Below, in pieces: positions 1-10,860 of a DNA stretch of 64,000 nucleotides. The DNA comes from Hyphochytrium catenoides (Eukaryota > Protista > Hyphochytriomycota): positions 1 through 64,000 of the forward strand of contig FLMG01000570.1 of NCBI GenBank assembly GCA_900088475.1. Reading direction: 5' to 3'. A program made the translations under genes and the position numbers. The notes under the pieces were generated by a model. It had not been told where the DNA came from. It made no database searches and was given only the letters and a program-made list of their open reading frames with translations. The first letter of the stretch is position 1. Every line of letters starts with the position of its first letter.

Positions 1-284
1 ACAGCAGCACCAATAGCAGCAGCGGAGGGTGCGGCGAAGAAGGAGAGGAGGAGGAGCAGCAGACGGAGGAAACTAGTGGTAGGTTTATTCCTAGGATGGT
101 AGTGTAGAGATTTGTAGTACTTCTTTAATTCTTAAAACTGGATAATAAAAGTAGTTCACTGTAGTAGAACCTCGATTTCCGAAGCTTCTTCATCAAGCTT
201 CATTAGTGTATACCAAAGACAGAGCTGCTTTGCTGCTATTCTTACAGCCAGGCAGCTAACTAATTGGTAAGTCTGAAGCATCTC

Positions 285-1851
285 CTATCTTATAGTGCCA
301 TCGAATATTGAAGGCGCGATACAGGGACCGGCGGTCGTGGTAAACACGTGATCTTTCCACTTGGCGACTCCTTCGCCATCGGTGATTAGATCCTGTAAAA
401 GAAGCATAGCATGCCTGGATTAACCAGATAGCCAATGCCTTTGAACTTTTCTCACTAGCTTGCTTACCGGAAACACATTCTGTAAGACTTTCTTCTTCTC
501 TACCTGGGCCGCTGACACAGGCTCTCCCGTGAGAGTCCCAAACGAGATTCTCTCACCAATCTGCCATAAGGGCTATGGTGAGCCTCTGCTATGTGGGGAG
601 CATTAGCCTAGCCAACTGCAAAAATAACATACCTTAGCATCTGCAGGGGGCTCTACAAACTCCACCTTTGATGGACAAAAATGCACCGCCACGAAACCGC
701 AGCAGGGAGTGTTAGAGAGTATCACACAAAGAAACAACTGGCAAAGAGCCTACCTGCTCACTGTCATCGTCCTTCAGCTTACTTGCACACATCACCATTC
801 CATTGCTCTTGAAACCTACCAAGTTCCTCGGTTTGAGGTTACACAACACGAGGATGCGACGATTCTACGCAAATCTGTGGTCAGCAGCATCAACATTATC
901 TAGGTTTGATGGGTGGTACCTGCATCTCTTCAAGCGTGTAATGAGGGACTAGGCCGCTTGCTATTTGTCGTGGTGCTTCTTCGCCCTATTACACTCCACG
1001 TGTCAGCAGACGACTTCAGAGCTTTTGGCTCTAATGCAGTATGTACCAAACTTATTTACCACATCGATCTCCTCACAGTATAGCCTGAGGGGTGAGGGCG
1101 TCAGCGATCATCGTTGAAATGCGCAGGATACTATAAAAGACTTCTCACTTTTCAGCAGACTCATGGCGCCAGACCTTAACTATCTGACCGACTCTAATGT
1201 CCAGTTTGGTTATCTCTGGCTGTTCAGTAGCTCCTTTATCCTTAGCTCCAGACGAGCCCGACTCTCCACTCTTCTTGGCTTTCTTCTGTTTCGGTTAAAT
1301 TCAAGCTTGAGTGACAAGGGGCGAATCCAACTATAGCAATCAATGGACCTCTGATGTTTTCTCAACAAGCTTTTGGGGTTTCGCCGACTGAGGGTTATCT
1401 CCTGGGATGGGCTCGCCCGGCGCGAGCGCCAGTTGGTCCTAGCGAGGATGCAATGTGAGTCTGGGGCAACAAGAGGCACAGACCCTACTGTTGATGGCTC
1501 GTACCTCTAGATCCCTAATAAGAGTGTCAAGGAAGGTGGCGGCTGACGTCATTTTGGGCTTCCCCAATGCGACCGGTCTTTCAAGGAGGATGTTCGAAGA
1601 ACGAGCGGGGTTGCTCTCAGGAAGGCTGGAAGACACCAAACTAGATGTGAAGCTTCGGGTACTGGTAGTTCTGATGTAGAAAGGGTCAGTGAATCGGTGT
1701 GAGCCATCATCCACTCATCCTGGTCTTGAGCATCTTGCTCCATAAGCTGCTCCTACCTGGATAGAGACGCAAACCTTACCAAGGGTTTGATTATGGGACC
1801 CTGGCTAGAGGAGGGTAAAAGACGTACAGACGAGGCGGCTCGCTGGAGCAT
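285..1851 (-). CDS. tRNA-binding OB-fold protein (EMAP II/Arc1p/Trbp111-like) with an N-terminal targeting-peptide-like extension; multi-exon
   Basis: Spliced translation: MLQRAASSVRLL...MTSAATFLDTLIRDLE...PEITKLDIRVGQIVKVWRHESAEKLYCEEIDVGEEAPRQIASGLVPHYTLEEMQNRRILVLCNLKPRNLVGFKSNGMVMCA...VEFVEPPADAKIGERI...GPCIAPSIFDGTIR*. Intron phases are consistent. Confidence 0.9.
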
Positions 1852-2584
1852 GATGAGGAAGCTCTGCGTGGCTCCTAAGAAGAGCTTGAAGATGAGTGGC
1901 AATAGAAGAGTCTAGTTGCCCATGCTCCATACTCCATACTCTACTACGAGTACTACTTGTACTACTTGATGACTCATTCACCCATCAGCCATCAGAAACT
2001 CAAAGAGAATAATCTGCAGGGGTATCTTGATCTCGATCTCTGATGTTGTGGTGTTTGGGCCCGTCCTTTCATAGGCGTATATTGTGAGACTAGTAGTAGA
2101 GTGCAGATAGCTAAATCAATATAAAAGGCTTCATATGTCTTTAACATAGATAGCCCTTAGTAAGCAGTCCTCAGATTGTCCGTCACAGATTCGTGACAAA
2201 CAGAGTATAATTTCACATGAAGTCTTTGAATTGTACGAGTGGCTGGGCAAAGTCAGTTGTGTGTAGAAGGAAACTTTCATCAGGAGCTCCCGGAAGCAAC
2301 AAATGAATGAATGCCAACCAATTCTTTTACTTGTACAAGTAGCAGAATCAGTTTTCTCGCCTTTGGTTGATGAGAATTTTCCTTCCGGGCGCTAGTCTTC
2401 GCCGCCCCAATAATCTCTACAAAGCCAGACCTATGAACATTCAGAGTCTACAAGAGGGATGCAAGAGCTTGCAACGCTGGTAGAATAATAGCCTACAGTC
2501 TGACGCACAGCCGATCCACCAAAAATCGGCCTTGGAAGCGTGATGACGGGATCAGAAAGAGGTGCCTCTGCGAGCCAGGGAGCG

Positions 2585-4540
2585 ATGGCAGCGCCTTTGT
2601 CAGGCCAAGGAGGAGTTACCGCAACCAATCTCCATTCTAGCTCTAAGATGGGCTATGGTATGCGCCAGATTAAAGACCTCGTAGTTGATTCCGGAGCTAT
2701 TATTAGGGGAGCAAGGCTAGAGAATTTGGCCAAGGTAAATTAGTTTTGCACCGGTGGAGCTCCTTGACCTTTAATCTAAAGACTCTCCTTTACCAGACTT
2801 TTTGGACGGTCGAAGAGGTTCTGGCAGAGATTAGAGATAAGCACGCACGAAATACGCTCAAGACGCTACCATATGAACTGAAGGTGCGGGAACCATCTCA
2901 TGAAGCTCTCGGTGCAGGTATCTATCTTTAAGTCACCCGTTGAAGCAGCAATCCTCTCACTTTCCGTCCTCTTTAGTCGTCGCTTTTGCAAAGAAGACTG
3001 GTGATTTTGCCGCCCTTTCTCGGGTGGACCTGAGGGTGATAGCTCTAGCTTACATGTTGGAAAGAGAAAACCATGGGGTCGAGCATCTCAGAATGGAGCC
3101 AGGACAAAAGCCAACAAAGAGGTCCACGGTGTCTGTGACTCCGGGTATGGAACACTCATCTCAAGAAAAGCCTTCTGACAGCTCCCTCGACACAAACTCA
3201 GAGGCAGCCATGCACAAAGAGGATGAGTCTCCTTCACCGGTACAGGAGTTGGTCCCACCTCTGCCAGAGTACTCTCCGAAGCATGTCGGCGGAACCCCGC
3301 CTAACAGCCCCTGTCTCTTTTTAGAGGGAGCACGAGCCAACGAGATAGCAGGATCCGACACACTGTCCATGCTCCACGATCTCTCCTCAAGACTGGGTAG
3401 AGCCAATTTGGAGTGTGAAAGCGAGGTGGACGTACTGCAGCCTGATAATGTGAAAGAGGTGGGTGGCGAGGACGGGTCTTCCAGAGCTGCGAAGTCTGGT
3501 GGTGATGAAATGACAGATAATAGCCTTGAAGAAGGTGATAGCAGTATGCCTCCTATCGGTCATGAAACATTGAAGACAGAGAAGTCTTCCGAGAGAAAAC
3601 CAGAACAGCTTCGATCTCGAATACTTGGAGGGTACTCTACTGGGGCGGCCACTGTGGGCCGTGCCGTAGACGATGATGGTCATGGTTGGATCTCTGAGAA
3701 CAACTATGTGGGCTATTTGGACAGCCCATTTGGGAGTAAGTCAGCACAAGACACTGCTTTTCAGAGTGAAGTGGGCTGCATCACCACGGACTTTGCTATG
3801 CAGAATGTTCTAATCCAGATGGGTGAGACAGTGGTTGAGTTTGATTACTCCTCTTTCTTAAGCCTAACTTCAGCTATATAAATAGGCCTACAGCTCGTTT
3901 CGCTCGAGGGCAGGAGGATCACAAGGCTTAAACAGGTAGGTTTGCAGTGTGGGACTTATCTTAACGGCATCTAAGCTCTTGCTTTCCTCAGTGGATTCTC
4001 CGATGTTCGGCTTGCTTCAAGACCACAAGCGATATGTCCAAGGTATTTTGCCCTACGTGTGGCAGTCATACACTGGAAAGAGTCTCTGTCTCGGTCAACA
4101 GCAAAGGGGAGAAGCGGCTGCATCTTAATACCCGGTAAGATGGGTTGTACTCATTGAGCTACAACACGACCTAACCCTGGCTGCCTAGGCGAGCTCCTAA
4201 TGTACACGGCAGCAAGTACTCCATCCCGAAGCCCAAAGGCGGTCGTCAAGGCGACTTATTGCTGCGTGAAGACCAGTTAATGATGGGAATCTGGCAACAG
4301 AGATCAAAGGCCTCACGAGCCTTAAAGAGCGCCTTTGGCGAGGATGTAACCTATAAGGTACAGTACTATCACTTGCGGCGCTAGCCGGTTGCATCCAATA
4401 ACGACAACGCTATTCCCTAGGTCGGAATCAACGTCAAGCAACAGCCAGATATTGTCGTAGGCTTTGGTAGGAAAAATCCAAATGCTCAAAGAGGACGTGA
4501 ACGCAGAGGGAAAAAGAAGCAGACCCAGCGCGATTGGTAG
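2585..4540 (+). CDS. NOB1: RNA-binding protein NOB1 (20S pre-rRNA endonuclease); multi-exon
   Basis: PIN domain LVVDSGAII...TVEEVLAEIRD...FAKKTGDFAALSRVDLRVIALAY, then DDDGHGWI, CITTDFAMQNVLIQMGL, the zinc ribbon CSAC...FCPTCG, and a C-terminal VGFGRKNPN. Confidence 0.95.
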
Positions 4541-4620
4541 ACTGAAGCTCAGCGGGTGTTGGCTGTCTTACCTGTACATTAGATAAATAAATGAGAGGGG
4601 ACAGAAGGATGCCATATCTA

Positions 4621-5791
4621 TTAATTCATAGTATGACTCTTTTTTGACGCCTTGCCACGTGCTCGCTCGTACTTTTGGAAAAGCACTTGAAGCTGATCTT
4701 GGAGATAGACATTCACGGCAGGCCATTCGCTGTTAACTAGTGAGAATACCGCTGTGTCTTGGTTGGCATTCTAGGTTAAAGAAGTCAATAAGACTAAGGA
4801 TAAGCGGCTCGAACCTGTCTCTTCATGCGGCGTGAGGACTGACCTTGACAATCTTATTCTTGCGCAGGACACCTTCAAGAGTGAAGCCGAACCTTTTGGC
4901 ACTTTTCCTCCCAGGAACGTTCTGTGCGTCCACCGCCATCTCCACTCTCCTATAGTTCTGCTTGAACAAATGTGATAGCAAGATATAAGTGGCTTCGGTT
5001 GCTGCATAAGTTGAGCGATATGCTGGAGTAACCCATAAGTTGCCTTGGCAAAAACTTGGCTTAGTCCAGATGGGATGATTATCAGTCTTTCTATGTTCAT
5101 AGTCTTACCTATCTCAACCTTGAGGTTCCGAGGATCGTTATTGAGTATGCTTATCATGCCAATGATTTGGGATGTATCTCTGTCAACCTTCCAAGGCCAT
5201 CAGATTCGGCGAATGCCAGCTGCAATATACGGATGAGAGGCACTCACAATGACGAATGCTTGGCCTCTGTCAGCTATAGACTCGACCAGGTTGGTATGAA
5301 GCTCTGCGGCAGTTTGATGCGGTCCAGATGGCAAATATTTCCAGATCATGTGCTCTGGGTCATAGGATGAGCCCAGAAGGCCCATTCTGAGCCCGAGAAA
5401 TAGTAAAGATGGCTTAATGGTCACCCACTGTGATATGCAACATATTAGGCCCAGCTTACTTTCTCTCTCCGTTAGATATGCGATGGAGCTCCTCGGCATC
5501 AAGAGCTGAGGCTGGTCTTAGGGATACCTTTACTCCATCTCCTTGGAACCCCTCCGACGATGGCTTCAGTGGCAACGATTTAGCCCTTTCTAGTAGCTCA
5601 TCGTAGAGCAGTGCCTTGGGAGCTGAGGAGTCAACTGCTAGGCCCATTGCTTCCTGCTTCATACGATCAAAGGACCCGCCGAAGTATAGCAGGGAGAAGA
5701 CTGCTCCAATGGTGACTACGAAGACTGCACACCCGGCAAGGATCCCTATCTGGGCCCCAGGTGTGAGGCCCAGAGAAAACGGCTCCGTCAT
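4621..5791 (-). CDS. GNAT acetyltransferase, RimJ/RimL (Acetyltransf_3) type, with one N-terminal TM helix; multi-exon
   Basis: Spliced motifs IWKYLPSGP, KVEIGNLWVTP, TEATYILLSHLFKQNYRRVE, SAKRFGFTLEGVLR and NQDTAVFSLVNSEWP. Hydrophobic segment IGILAGCAVFVVTIGAVFSLLYF. Confidence 0.85.
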
Positions 5792-6335
5792 GTTGTCCTG
5801 CTGGAAGAATTCCAATAGTTGTTAGTACGGAAATGAGGTTTTCCCAGGACAGTCTTACAAAATGGCATAACTCTTACTTTAGTTGCTCATGTAGGCTGCA
5901 CTTTAAGCCTTGTCTATTATAAAGGAGAGGTATGTCTCCCATCAAACGCAGGGACGGAGAGACACAAATCAATCTCTTTGAGGCGAAGAGGACGCTGCAG
6001 ACGGAGCTTGTGTCTGCGCCTTCTTCCTGATGGCACAAAATGATGTCCAGAAAGATTCATTTTCACCGCAGAAGGTGGTAACGGCCTTGTTAGCCTCTTT
6101 TTCAGCTTCAGCTTCTGTTGCTCGTCCTCTGCGATTCTATTTGGCGGCTGCTTTTCGACGATGGCGCAGGAAATGACATTCTGCTTCTACTCAGCTCAAC
6201 AGACATAGATAAACCCCATCTTCCACCCTCCATTGGCAGCATTTGCTCTCAAGAATCCTGCTGGTATCTATGCCGGCTTCTTGCACCTTAAGAGTCTGCT
6301 CGTAGGTGCACTGTAGTCTGGCTTTTTAACGCAGC

Positions 6336-6602
6336 ATGAATCAGCAGGACAGTCAGTTGCTGAGCAGATCTCAGCTGTTAGAGGAGATCGAGTCGTGCAG
6401 ACTAGCGCGAGCTGCCTTACTACGGGAGAACATGACACTTTTGGCTGACATAAGAGAGGCTGAGTATAAAGAGAGGCTACTCAAGGCCAAGATCAGCAAG
6501 TATCAACACAACATAGACGCAGCCAAGGTACGTTGACTGCCTCTGATCTTCCTAGGTCCCTATCACGCTAAAGACCTCTGTCAGAAGCGGATAGCGTCTT
6601 AG
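6336..6602 (+). CDS. Small coiled-coil hypothetical protein (2 exons predicted)
   Basis: ATG-initiated helical ORF, with a GTACGT donor after ...IDAAK and a candidate acceptor giving KRIAS*. Confidence 0.4.
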
Positions 6603-6817
6603 TGTTGGGCTCATGGACAGCATAGAGAACTTGATTTATGCCGATCGGGAGCTGAAGAACCTTCACGGACAAACTCACTTCAGTTTAACAAGGACGGCTT
6701 CTCCAGTTAGCTCAAGCAAATCACCTAACATAAGGGAAGCGTCACCCCACAGCAGACGCTAAGCGCGAGGAGCACAATGTGTGGATTATCGATAGCTGAT
6801 CAAAAATGTATATAGTA

Positions 6818-8684
6818 CTAAATAGAGTCTGTTTGATATCCGGCTAGGCTCCGCCGAAGCACCAGAGCGCCGCCCAGACCGACAACCTACAGTTGACAGT
6901 GAAGGGGAACTGAGAGCTGACCTTATGATGCGTTTAGTTCCTGGCGTGCAACTTACCAGGAAGACGTTAACCATAAAGCAGAAGAGCCCAAGCACGCCTA
7001 GCTTATCGTGTATATACGTCTCAATGTCTCCTGCTGGCCACTCGGGACACTGTCCACATGGTGCCAACTAGGCAGCAAGCGCTGTTAGTTTAGACCAAGG
7101 GCCGCATCAACGATTCAGTAAATCTTACCAAAAGTTCCGATGAGTTTAATGACGGGATAACGGTACTTCCAGGGTGGCTACACGTCTTATTTGCACCGTG
7201 TGGCCACATGCAGCTCGTCCACTGTCCTCGCTCGTCCCTTGTGACTCCAGTGCACCCTATTGCTGGAGTTGAGCAGTTGCTGCACTGATAGAGATCCGCT
7301 GCACAAGCGATCTTGCCGGCTGTCCCGTAGCAATGTCTGAGAACCCAGGTATTGATAGCTCACATTACGAGGTGCTGAGAGCACTTACCCAGCTCTTGAT
7401 CGCTGTATTTGCTGGCCAGCGTTCTCGAGAAGACGAAAGCCGCTACTCCACAAGTTACAAGGAACAAGCCAACTAGTATAACTGCTATGATGTACTGGAG
7501 GTGTGCAAGGGGGATGAAGTCAGAAGAAGTCAGACCTCAGAAGGAATGGAGATAGATGCAGCCTTACCATTAAGAGAAGACCTCTGCTCTTGGCCTTCGA
7601 ACCAATTATTCCGATCAGTGCTGCCACGCACAGGATTCCGCCCTCCACAAAGAGAAGAATTCCTGCATCATTGAACCAAATCGAGCACATAATTGCCGTT
7701 GAGATCTGACTGTGAACCTGACAGCGAGAGATCTCCAATTTGAGGGGACGGGTTCCTTACCTATCCACCCATGATCGGGGTCCACCGCTCTTTTGCCCTT
7801 CCAGTAGAACCCACAGAGGGCAAGACCTAAGGGCAAGTAAGAAGCATGCACGTCAGATCGTAGATCACATTGTGCATTTAGCAGCACGAGCAAGCAGCTT
7901 ACCGGATCCCACCAGTATTAAGAGAGTATTAATCAGGGTAAGCATGTCCCTCATCACGATTGGGACCGTCAAGATCCGGATGGTCAATGCCGCAGCGCAC
8001 AGCAACAGGAAGAGGACAAAGCTGCTTGTCGCTCCCAGAATGAAGCCAATCCGCTACAAGAGGTACTTCAGCACCCGGCTGGACCCTTCCGTGGTAAAGA
8101 GATCTAAGTCTCACCTTGACATGCGACAGCAGCTCTGGATAAGTCTTGCAGCAGTCACTTGACCTAAACCAGTCGAATGCGGCATCATTCCAGTGGTGCT
8201 TGATATAGATCTCCATCGCAGACTAAAGAAGTTATGCCAGAGTTAGCTCGTGGAGCACTGAAGTAGGTGTCCTGTTGATACCATTCATTACCTGAAAGGC
8301 GAATGACACTGTGATCACGAACACTAGTGCCGCCATCAAACACAAAGAGGTGTAAAAAAAGAGCTTCAAGAGCCCATACTTCTCCTTCTTTGCGCCAATG
8401 GCGCCCGCGAGGCTTGTTAGGGTTATGACCCTAAGATGTAATAGAGTTTGTTATCGTCACCTCACGATTCTAGGAAGGAAGCCTTACCCTCCTAAAAGAG
8501 CCTGGGATAGCGCAACGCTGTCCACCTGTCTAGTGAGAATGAATAGGTTGAGCCCCAACCCAAACAGTAACGCGCCAAAGATGGCAGTCAATGACGTGAT
8601 AAGTAAAAGCAAAGCGTTGGCGCTAAGGAGCCAATGGCGTCTTTCTGGATCTTCCTCGGCCTTGTCCAGAGAGATAAGGCTCAT
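6818..8684 (-). CDS. Tandem double tetraspanin-like protein (about 8 TM); multi-exon
   Basis: Continuous spliced frame. Unit 1 is TM1-TM2(SLAGAIGAKKEKYGLLKLFF)-TM3-EC2(SSDCC)-TM4. Unit 2 is TM1-TM2(ALIGIIGSKAKSRGLLLMY)-TM3-Cys-rich loop-TM4, ending RRSLAGYQTDSI*. An alternative ATG lies at 8702. Confidence 0.8.
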
Positions 8685-9250
8685 GACACTTTTGTGAATC
8701 ATTGTATGGCAACCAAAAATGCCGCTATGGCGCACTCGTCTCAGCTCCCTAGGAACTAGTGCCCCTTATAAGAGCAGCGGGGTTTGGACATTATAAGGAG
8801 CCCAGACAGCAGTCCGCATCCAACTTCTCCTCGTTGACCAAGTGATGGCAACCAAGCTCGGCGATGGCTGTTCGTCTGTGAATCAAGGTTAACAACAAGC
8901 TACAAGTCTCCGAGGCTCATCATCAGCTTCATCATCACAAGCGAGAGAGCGAAGAGCGAACAAAGAACAGTGGCACACACAACCCAACCAGCAGCAAATT
9001 AGGAAGAACTTCAGTCTGAGTCTCGGGTCTAGTAAGACTCGGTTGACTTAATGGCATCAAACCACCTCAGTCCCCCTATTTTAGATGGTTGGTTGCTCTT
9101 GATTCGGGTCATAAACAACAAGAATAACTGGGGTCATCGCGCCAGAAACCAAAGGTCGTGGACTTCTGCTGATGATAAGAGGAGCAGATTATTATCATCT
9201 GGGTCAGCGCCATCATCATCATCAGGTCGCTAGTTCCTAGCTGGCGGTCA

Positions 9251-9436
9251 TCGACAGCCCCTGCATCGTTCATTTCCTCCGACTGTCATAGCCTCTGACA
9301 TCGTTTACTTCCCCCATCCGTCATAGCCTTAGGCAATCTCTCATCTCCCTGACTGTCATAGCTTCATGCTGGCATCGGTCTTTCCGGCGTCCGTCATAGC
9401 CTCAGACGTCGTTCCTTTCCCTTTTCCCCCATAGTT
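9251..9436. repeat. Degenerate tandem repeat with a period of about 35 bp and a conserved GTCATAGC core
   Basis: GTCATAGC occurs at 9285, 9320, 9355 and 9393, with degenerate copies at about 9251 and 9428. Spacings are 35, 35, 38 and 35. Confidence 0.8.
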
Positions 9437-9982
9437 CTTCCGAGTTTCGCAGCCCTGTCACCACCTCTCAAGGAGTAGGACCACATTTTTGCACTGACAT
9501 TCGCCATCAGCATTTCCAATTATGCAGAACCTAATAATCTAATATCTTGGTTACTCCAGATTACTGTTCGGAGTTGAATGGCGACAAAACTTGGCTCTAA
9601 CCATCCTATCGAAAGCGTATACAATGCATCACTCGATGGGGTAGATGAGCTCCTGCTTGGCGTCATTTGCTCTTGTGATCGTCGAGAAGCCCATCTGAAA
9701 GCTAAACGGTAGGGCATCTTTGGAGAAGGCTATCCGCTGACATATCAAAATGCCCGAAGTAAACCAACCTAATCGCTCGAGCCAAGAGGGGACCAAGCTT
9801 CCTTTCTTGCGGCTAGGCTTCTGGATAAGATGGCTTCTTAAGTTGGCAGTGTCCCATTCACCACCGTGACACTTCGACGCTCTCCGAACAGCACGCCATG
9901 GTCAAGGGTTAGAAATGAATGTTCTGCTCTTTGCCAGCAGCAACAGTCTTTTAGCGGTTGGTGATGCCATCCATCCTTGCTC

Positions 9983-10717
9983 CTACTCCGTGCTGGTCGT
10001 GGCAAACGCGTACAGTTTTTTTTCCTTCATGTAAGCAAGAACTCTGGGGTCCAGAAGCGGACTCATGGATTCTTCATCTGACATTGATCTAATTTTTGTC
10101 GATGAGCAATCCGTTAGAAAGTCTAGCTTCCTAATGGAGAAATTGCGTCCAGCAGGTACTTGCGGAAGGTCCACTCCGACACGGCGGACCACCACTATAT
10201 CTGCCTGCGCTATAAGGTCGTCCCCTCGTTTCCATTTTCCAGCCATGAGATCGCTGTAGGTATCGCCTCCGAGAAGTATAGAGAAGTGGCAATGTGGATA
10301 CGTCTCACGTAGTTTTTCTACCACGTCTATTGTGCCTACGCGGACTTGTTCTGGGGGTTGTCCCAATGCCTCCGCTTGATGGAGGGCATCTAACACCACG
10401 GTTTTCTCAATGTCAAGCACCCTAACATTACCTGTGTAGCCATCCGTGAGACAAGCCATAGCTGGGTAGATCGCTTAACCATCCTTACCTCGAGTATTCA
10501 CGATGGAATTCTCCACAAAAGCGATCTCACACATTCTCATCCTATCCTCAAAAGGAGCGAGCTCTTGCTTCGTTTGGTATATATGCTTGTAGACTGGAAG
10601 AACCCACAGCTCATCAAACTCGTTCGAGAAGTGCTGAACAATGCCCTGATGGCCGCCACGCCCAGCTGGAGGATTGGCCGATAGCCCGTAGAGAAGAACT
10701 CTCTTCGGAGCATCCAT
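9983..10717 (-). CDS. Nicotinate/nicotinamide-nucleotide adenylyltransferase (NadD/NMNAT-like); 2 exons
   Basis: LLYGLSANPPAGRGGH, DELWVLPVYKH, LAPFEDRMRMC, GTIDVV, ILLGGDTYSDL..GKWK and SSTKIR...LDPRVLAYMKEKKLY. Confidence 0.9.
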
Positions 10718-10860
10718 CGCTCTCACACACCAACCGAGCTCCGTTCTAGCCTTGAAGTCGAAAGTTGCCCTCCTTATCTATCTTAGCTTTGAAGCCACTC
10801 TAGTATCATTCGTCATCCGACGCTCCTTGCAAGTATGTCCTCTCAAGCCCCAAGGGAGAC

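Noticed and set aside
1680-1760. Apparent in-frame TGA (readthrough, selenocysteine or non-canonical intron) in the tRNA-binding gene
   Set aside because: It falls inside a normal GT-AG intron (GTAGGA...CTGAC...CATCAG) whose removal keeps the frame.
9251-9436. CRISPR array
   Set aside because: The constant part is only about 8-11 bp, the 'spacers' resemble each other, there are no cas genes, and the context is eukaryotic. It is better described as a degenerate minisatellite.
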